A stretch of 64,000 nt of DNA. Source: an uncultured Bdellovibrio sp. (GTDB lineage Bacteria; Bdellovibrionota; Bdellovibrionia; Bdellovibrionales; Bdellovibrionaceae). Position numbers and translations under genes: made by a program. How positions within the stretch are numbered: position 1 is the stretch's first letter; each line of letters starts with the position of its first letter. The stretch is from assembly GCA_963932905.1 (NCBI GenBank), contig CAWVRN010000003.1, positions 96,001 to 160,000 on the forward strand, written 5' to 3'. Positions 57,926 to 64,000 of this stretch are shown here, in pieces. Below the pieces are notes generated by a model. It had not been told where the DNA came from, ran no database searches, and was given only the letters and a program-made list of their open reading frames with translations.

Positions 57926-58627
57926 ATGGGAAAATCATGGAAAAATGCGGGTAAATCCGAAAATGCAGCAAAAAAGGGTAAGATCTTCACTAAACTAGCA
58001 CGCGAAATTATGGTCGCGACCAAAGCCGGTGGCCCTGACCCGGGCTCCAATGCTCGTCTTCGTTTAGCGATCGATGCCGCCAAAGCCGCGTCTTGCCCGA
58101 ACGACACAATCGATCGTGCGATCAAAAAAGGTTCTGGTGTTTTAGCCGATGGCGAAGTGATCGAAGAGTTAACTTATGAAGGTTATGGCCCCCATGGAGT
58201 GGGCGTTATTGTTGAAACTCAAACAAACAATAAACACAGAACGGCTCCTGAAGTTCGCACCCTTTTTAAATCTCATGATGGTGCATTGGGTGAATCCGGA
58301 TCGGTGGCGTGGATGTTTGATCGCGTTTCGTTAATTCAAGGAACCAAAGAAGGCTCATTTGACCCAGAAGAGGAAGCTATCGAAGCCGGCGCCAATGATG
58401 TGGAAAAAGACGAAGATTCCTATTTGTTCTATGGCAATCCAGAGAATCTAGATTCAATCAAAAAAGCCTTGGCCGCTCGTAAATGGAATATCACGACAGC
58501 CGAGCTATCGTACAAAGCTAAAAACATCACTGAACTGACTGAGGCCCAACTGAAAGACGTTCATGAATTTTTAGAAGAAGTCGATGAATTTGATGACACT
58601 CACCGAGTTCACGCTACAATCAAGTAA
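57926..58627 (+). CDS. yebC: YebC/PmpR family protein
   Basis: KIFTKLAREI, GGPDPGSNARLRLAI, YEGYGPHGV, GSVAWMF. Confidence 0.93.
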   Translation: MGKSWKNAGKSENAAKKGKIFTKLAREIMVATKAGGPDPGSNARLRLAIDAAKAASCPNDTIDRAIKKGSGVLADGEVIEELTYEGYGPHGVGVIVETQTNNKHRTAPEVRTLFKSHDGALGESGSVAWMFDRVSLIQGTKEGSFDPEEEAIEAGANDVEKDEDSYLFYGNPENLDSIKKALAARKWNITTAELSYKAKNITELTEAQLKDVHEFLEEVDEFDDTHRVHATIK

Positions 58628-58629
58628 GA

Positions 58630-59697
58630 ATGAATAAATTGATCCAGTCACAAGCCTTAGCCCAACTTTTAGAAATTGAACCGTACACTTTGCTGGGCTT
58701 GCTTGTGTTTGTGACCTATCTCTTTTACCGCTTTTTCTTGCGGGATGCTTCGGAAGAACGACATAAAAACATTCAAAATCATTTTGCCAATATCACTCGT
58801 CACTTTTTAGTGCTGAGTCTGTTATTTTTTACGTTTTTAATATTAAACGAAGTCGATACGGAATGGACAAGCTTCCGCAGAATCGGCCCTTACGTGGGCT
58901 TGGTGACCTTGCTGTGGGGAATGATTGTGTTTGTAAAAACGTGCCGCTTGATCGTTTTACAATACCTATTCATGAGCTCGATGCAAACGGGCGTTCCGTT
59001 GTTACTAGTAAATATCTTCTCGCTATTGCTTTCGATCATATTGGTATTCTGGACGGCCTCGCATGTCTTTGGCGTGCAGCTGGCGCCGCTCTTAGCAACG
59101 TCGGCCGCGTTCTCGATCATTCTGGGTTTGGCTCTGCAAGATACGCTGGGAAATCTATTTGCCGGCATCGCGATGCAGGTCGATAAAACATTTGAAATCG
59201 GCGATTGGGTTGAGGTGGTTCAAGGGACTCAAAAAACTGTTGGCAAAGTCAAAGAACTCACTTGGCGTTCAACAATCATGGATGGCTTCTTTGACGAGGT
59301 CATCACGATCCCAAATCGTGTGATGGCTCAAGCTCAAGTGTATAATTTCTCACCCAAAGAAACACCCATCGTCCGTTCGGTTGTTTTCCGAATGGCCCAC
59401 GGAGTGGACCCGGAAAAAGTAAAAGAGGTCCTAGAAAACTCGGTCGCTGGCCTCAGTGACATCCGCGGCATCCCATCCCCGTTATGTTTCATCAACGACA
59501 CAAATGAAAGCTACCTGGCCTTCAAATTAGTCTTCCACATCGACAACTACGGCTCCCAATACGTCATCGCCGACAAGGTCTACCGCAAAGGCTTCGAAGC
59601 CCTAGAAGCCAACGGCCTACCCATGGCCCGCCCCTACATCGAATACGCAGCCAAAACCCCAGGCGATTTCATACCAGTGCCACCCCGCACGACTTAA
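58630..59697 (+). CDS. mscS: MscS family mechanosensitive channel
   Basis: LGLALQDTLGNLFAGI, FEIGDWV, GKVKELTWRST, IPN. Confidence 0.9.
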   Translation: MNKLIQSQALAQLLEIEPYTLLGLLVFVTYLFYRFFLRDASEERHKNIQNHFANITRHFLVLSLLFFTFLILNEVDTEWTSFRRIGPYVGLVTLLWGMIVFVKTCRLIVLQYLFMSSMQTGVPLLLVNIFSLLLSIILVFWTASHVFGVQLAPLLATSAAFSIILGLALQDTLGNLFAGIAMQVDKTFEIGDWVEVVQGTQKTVGKVKELTWRSTIMDGFFDEVITIPNRVMAQAQVYNFSPKETPIVRSVVFRMAHGVDPEKVKEVLENSVAGLSDIRGIPSPLCFINDTNESYLAFKLVFHIDNYGSQYVIADKVYRKGFEALEANGLPMARPYIEYAAKTPGDFIPVPPRTT

Positions 59698-59806
59698 AAA
59701 GTCCATCCGTATTAAAATCAGGGGATAGAATCCCAAAGACAGGGAAATTTTAACATCCCAGCCCAGAACCCTAGATTTACCAAAAAAAATAGTCTATCAC
59801 CAATCC

Positions 59807-60568
59807 ATGACTGTTGATTACGAATTGCCATTAGCTCAAAAAATCCGCAAAGATATCGTTCGTGCATTGAATGATTTCGATATGATTCAAAATAACGATC
59901 GTATTATGGTTTGCGTTTCTGGAGGCAAAGACTCAACGATCCTATCCCTACTACTAAAAGAAATTCAGCGCCGAGCTGAAGTTGATTTTTCGTTCGAGTG
60001 CGTATGTCTGGATCAAAAACAGCCAGGATTCGATGCCTCTGCGTTTATAAATTTTTACAAAGTTCACGAAATTCCATTAACCATAGTTGAGCGGGATACC
60101 TATTCTGTCGTTAAAGAAAAAACACCAGAAGGTAAAGCCTACTGCACTCTATGTTCTAAGTTTCGCCGCGCGATTCTGTATGACCACGCAACCACCCTAG
60201 GAATCAGTAAATTGGCTCTAGGTCACCACCGCGATGATTTAATAGAAACGCTTTTCCTAAACATGTTCTACGTTGGTCACATTTCTTCAATGCCACCTAA
60301 ATTGGTCAATGACGAAGGAACTCACACGGTCATCCGTCCGCTATGTTACGTGAAAGAGGATGATCTAATTGCACTCAAAGACAAATGGAACTTCCCGATC
60401 ATTCCGTGCAACTTGTGTGGATCTCAGGAAGGATTAAAACGCAAAAAGATGAAGAAGCTAATTAAGGAACTAGAGGTAGATATCCCTAACGTTGGCTCTA
60501 GCGTGATGACGGCGATGAAGAATATTAAACCGAGCCACTTGTTAGATTCTAATTTGTGGAAGTTTTAA
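59807..60568 (+). CDS. ttcA: tRNA 2-thiocytidine synthase TtcA
   Basis: SGGKDS PP-loop, LDQKQPGF, CTLCSKFRR, LGHHRDD, PCNLCGSQ. Confidence 0.95.
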   Translation: MTVDYELPLAQKIRKDIVRALNDFDMIQNNDRIMVCVSGGKDSTILSLLLKEIQRRAEVDFSFECVCLDQKQPGFDASAFINFYKVHEIPLTIVERDTYSVVKEKTPEGKAYCTLCSKFRRAILYDHATTLGISKLALGHHRDDLIETLFLNMFYVGHISSMPPKLVNDEGTHTVIRPLCYVKEDDLIALKDKWNFPIIPCNLCGSQEGLKRKKMKKLIKELEVDIPNVGSSVMTAMKNIKPSHLLDSNLWKF

Positions 60569-62039
60569 TACATTCTTGAACACACGATTCGTTTGCCATT
60601 GAAACCGCCGGCATACGGCAAGATGACTTTGTACTTAATCTGACCAATGAAAAATAGCTTAGCTTAATTTTCTTAGTCGAGCCGTTCTTTTTACGTTCAC
60701 AATAGTTTTTTGCGTACTCGACAAATCCTTTTTCCATCGTGCTGTTCGTCAGTAAATAATCTTTTCCAACATAGACGTTAATGCCAACCCCATCTTTGCT
60801 TGGTGACGATTGCATCAAGTCAAAATCGAAATTCTGACTATCTACCATTTTACAATCGGTTAAGTTTTCAATACCGTAAGGATCCTTGCCGGCACGATAA
60901 ATCATAAATGTGTGACCATCCATAGAAGCAATATCACCCGCCAGCATCGGCTCTTCAGTTTCGGCTGCAAAATCCACTGAATCTAAACAGTTCCAGCCTT
61001 TGGATTCAGGATCTAAAAACTGACGAGACTGGGCGGCAACGACGTCACTAGCAACAAACATTTTATTTTCTTTTAAGCGGAATCCCGCCCCCATTACAAC
61101 GGTGTACACCATCGCTGAACAATCATAACCCAATACTTCCGATCCGCCGTAATTAGTAAAGAAGTTCAACTTACCTGTCGAACCACGAGTAAATGCCGGG
61201 CGACCACCAAAGTCATAAATTAATGGCTTCTTTCTGATATCAACACACTGACTACCGTAGGATGTTTGCAAATAAGGATGAGTCGCTTGCACTTGGCTAA
61301 GACTCGCAATATGGCGAATCAAACCGCCCCCTTCATGGCAGCACTCCTCGGTAATTCCTTGGACATTCTTGTCCGTTTTATCAAGAGGTTTTTTCTCCAG
61401 CACTTGGCAACTTTGGTAAGTCACTGCTAAAACTTTCCTCATCGACGCAATCAAATCGCTGGTTACAACTTCGCGATCAGTTGGATTAGAACCAGGAACT
61501 GGTTTCGGTTCACCACCCCCACTGCCCTGATTATTATTCTCATCACTCGGGCATGAATAACCCATACTTTTCATATTTGTGCTGATTTCATTTACCTTAG
61601 TTTTGTATTTGGTCACCATATTTTTTCGCGCTTCAGAATCTGTATCTTCGACTTTTAAAAATGAAATCAATTCAGGCAAATTTGAATTTTTCTCGACGGC
61701 AGAAAGATATTTTACGTCCTGATAAAATTCTTTATATAACGAATACAATTCGGTTTTAAAATAGGAATTTGCGGCCCCTTGAAATGTTTGGTCGGTATTT
61801 ACGGCTTCAGAGAAATCTTGTTCAGAAATTTCAGTCGATTTATTTTCTTGTTCCGACACCAGTTGATTGAAAAAATCCATGGTTACTTCGTAACTTTGTG
61901 GACAAACGATTGATCCCATTTCTGAAGACACCGGGTTTGAGTTTGAATTAAATTTATTACATGCGACTAAATTTAAACTTATCGTTAGCGTGAACGCCGC
62001 GACTACTGTCGTTTTCAATGTCTTTTTATTTTTTTGCAT
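60549..62039 (-). CDS. Lipoprotein with possible NlpC/P60-like C-terminal domain
   Basis: Lipobox LVAC; YDFGG...GYDCSAMVY...AGDIASMDGHTFMIY resembles the papain-fold Cys/His arrangement. Confidence 0.55.
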   Translation of the reverse strand: MQKNKKTLKTTVVAAFTLTISLNLVACNKFNSNSNPVSSEMGSIVCPQSYEVTMDFFNQLVSEQENKSTEISEQDFSEAVNTDQTFQGAANSYFKTELYSLYKEFYQDVKYLSAVEKNSNLPELISFLKVEDTDSEARKNMVTKYKTKVNEISTNMKSMGYSCPSDENNNQGSGGGEPKPVPGSNPTDREVVTSDLIASMRKVLAVTYQSCQVLEKKPLDKTDKNVQGITEECCHEGGGLIRHIASLSQVQATHPYLQTSYGSQCVDIRKKPLIYDFGGRPAFTRGSTGKLNFFTNYGGSEVLGYDCSAMVYTVVMGAGFRLKENKMFVASDVVAAQSRQFLDPESKGWNCLDSVDFAAETEEPMLAGDIASMDGHTFMIYRAGKDPYGIENLTDCKMVDSQNFDFDLMQSSPSKDGVGINVYVGKDYLLTNSTMEKGFVEYAKNYCERKKNGSTKKIKLSYFSLVRLSTKSSCRMPAVSMANESCVQECIKTSTN

Positions 62040-62301
62040 ATTTCATTATCGCGAGCGAATGCTCAAGATTGTATCACTCAGTCGTATGTCTCGATGTAGA
62101 TCTAGTGAAATTTAGACCGAAATCAAGTCTGGACTGCAAAATCACAGGGACATAAGTCTTAATAATATACGATTTAGTTGTCGTGCATCTATGTCTCAAG
62201 TTAAGACGTTCTCCATTGGAAAACATTAAATTCATCTCATATTTAGATGACCCCTTTCTCTATATAAATAATTGACCGACAATATATTCAGGGGGCGTGG
62301 A

Positions 62302-64000
62302 ATGATCAATTTCTCGAAACGAACGTTGAGTCGTGTGGTATTAGCTTTTATTTTTGCAACTTTGGCCTTATCGTTTCAAAACTGTGGCACTCAAAATTTC
62401 CATGTCGACCAAGCGTCTGAATTGCCTTCAAACGAAATCAAAGCAAATAATGATGACCTCAGTAACGGAGGAAAATCTTTATCCACGGCCGTTCCTAAAA
62501 TTTCCTTACTATCGGCCCCGGATATGGTCAGTGCCTCACTCTACAGCGTATCTTTTAAAGTTTCCGGAATTGAAGCCTCGCAAATTAAAAATGTAACGTG
62601 CCAGTTAAATGAATCAGCGCCCGTCAACTGCAGTGACAATTCATTTACAGTCGATTTTGCTACGGATGGTGATTACAAAATCAAAATTATGGTTGAAACG
62701 TTGGCTGGCATAAAAAGCGATGTCAGTAAACTTGTTCGCAAAGATGCCACGGCTCCGCAAGTGAGTCTCATCAATACGCCTAACCCCATCAGCAATGAAT
62801 CTTCAACCGTAGTGTCATTCAATGTTGTCGATACTCTGTCAGGCATTGATCGAATCGAATGCTCTCTAGATAATGCTGCATTCACCAAATGCACATCGCC
62901 TTTGACTTTGAATAGCTTATCAAGCGGTTCCCATACTTTGTCCATTCAGGCTTTTGATGTTTTAAAAAATAAAAGTAACGTTAAAACGCTAACTTGGTCG
63001 GTGGATCTAAGTTTACCGACACTAAGTTTTTCGCAAACTCCGGCGTCTCTAACTAATACATCAGCTGCTTCGTTTGAATTTATGTCAACCTCTGCCATCA
63101 GCTATCAATGTCAGCTTGATAACGCCGCCTATACGACGTGTACGTCACCTAAATCATTTTCTGGACTATCTAATGGCAGCCACACATTTAAAGTTAAAGC
63201 TACAAATGCTTTGGGAACAGTCTCTTCCGAGCTGAGCTATTCCTGGACAATCGATCTTTCAATTCCAACTCTGACAATTTCGCAAATGCCAGCCAGCATA
63301 ACTAATTCAACCAGCGCGGCCTTTGCATTCTCAGGAAGCGGGATAGTATCTTATGAATGCCAACTCGATGGCGCTGCATTTGCGGCGTGCTCATCACCCA
63401 AAGCTTACACTAGTTTAGCGGCTGGCAATCACATCTTTTCTGTTCGTGGAAAAAGCAATGCAGGAACGCTATCTAATCCGGTCAGTTATTCATGGGCGGT
63501 CAATTTACAAGCACCGACGATCTCCTGGACACAATTACCGGCAGCACTTTCTGCATCATCATCCGTCAATTTTACGTTTTCGGGAGCCAATGTAACAAGG
63601 TATGAATGTCGTCTTGATGGTGGTGCCTACTTCGCATGCGCAAGCCCACATAGTCAAAGCGGCTTGACAGATAAAACACATACATTTGAAGTTCGTGGTT
63701 TTAATAGCTTAGGAATCGTTTCCAATGTTCTTTCCTACAATTGGATTACCGACCTAACAAGTCCGTCGCTACCGATGATTAGCATCAACGTCCCGGTCTA
63801 TACGACAAGTCGTTCAGCGACGTTAACGTTTAATTCAAACGATAGTAACGGTGTCGGTGGGTATATTTGCCGGATAAATTCAGAACCCGAGTTTACCTGC
63901 TCAAGTCCTTATACCTACACTGCAAATGAAGATGCGACTTTGACATTTAGTTTAGTGGCCGTCGACAGCGTTGGCAATAAATCGGCTAAGGCCATTCAAT
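62302..64000 (+). CDS. Ig-like repeat surface lipoprotein, truncated by window end (not in ORF track)
   Basis: ATG 62302 with GGGGG RBS, signal ending FQNC, frame open at the window end, repeats of CxLD...CxSP...LxxGxHTFxV. Confidence 0.8.
   Translation, partial: MINFSKRTLSRVVLAFIFATLALSFQNCGTQNFHVDQASELPSNEIKANNDDLSNGGKSLSTAVPKISLLSAPDMVSASLYSVSFKVSGIEASQIKNVTCQLNESAPVNCSDNSFTVDFATDGDYKIKIMVETLAGIKSDVSKLVRKDATAPQVSLINTPNPISNESSTVVSFNVVDTLSGIDRIECSLDNAAFTKCTSPLTLNSLSSGSHTLSIQAFDVLKNKSNVKTLTWSVDLSLPTLSFSQTPASLTNTSAASFEFMSTSAISYQCQLDNAAYTTCTSPKSFSGLSNGSHTFKVKATNALGTVSSELSYSWTIDLSIPTLTISQMPASITNSTSAAFAFSGSGIVSYECQLDGAAFAACSSPKAYTSLAAGNHIFSVRGKSNAGTLSNPVSYSWAVNLQAPTISWTQLPAALSASSSVNFTFSGANVTRYECRLDGGAYFACASPHSQSGLTDKTHTFEVRGFNSLGIVSNVLSYNWITDLTSPSLPMISINVPVYTTSRSATLTFNSNDSNGVGGYICRINSEPEFTCSSPYTYTANEDATLTFSLVAVDSVGNKSAKAIQ

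Overview
Bdellovibrionota-like (predatory bacterium) chromosome segment, inferred from the Agl/Glt gliding cluster, the FQNC-type lipoprotein and gene order. Positions 1-9535 form a visibly AT-rich accessory region abutting the 3' end of an initiator tRNA-Met. It carries the most interesting system in the window, a tightly coupled minus-strand operon behind a sigma54 (-24/-12) promoter: NtrC-type response regulator, MFS transporter, orphan OppA-like binding lipoprotein, hybrid histidine kinase, an unannotated 26-aa peptide (MEIVYIDLEALEAEAEGHTAGLSSAG, 2060-2140) and a stand-alone LanM N-terminal (DUF4135-like) kinase/dehydratase with no cyclase. Together these look like a modified-peptide (RiPP) autoinduction/quorum-sensing cassette in a Gram-negative predator; this is inference. 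The rest holds rmuC, a decaying stress-gene cluster with two pseudogene remnants and several sigma54-like promoters, a LysR-controlled ribA/RibD-reductase/DoxX/MFS operon, AlkB, a 10-gene Agl/Glt-type motility cluster and a DEAD-box helicase. It also holds large surface lipoproteins, the iscS-mnmA-mtaB-rnc-era-der operon, sohB, oppDFABC, a four-helix-bundle gene enclosed in ~120-135 nt inverted hexamer-repeat arms, yebC, mscS and ttcA. All calls come from motif recognition by eye; no database searches or computations were run.
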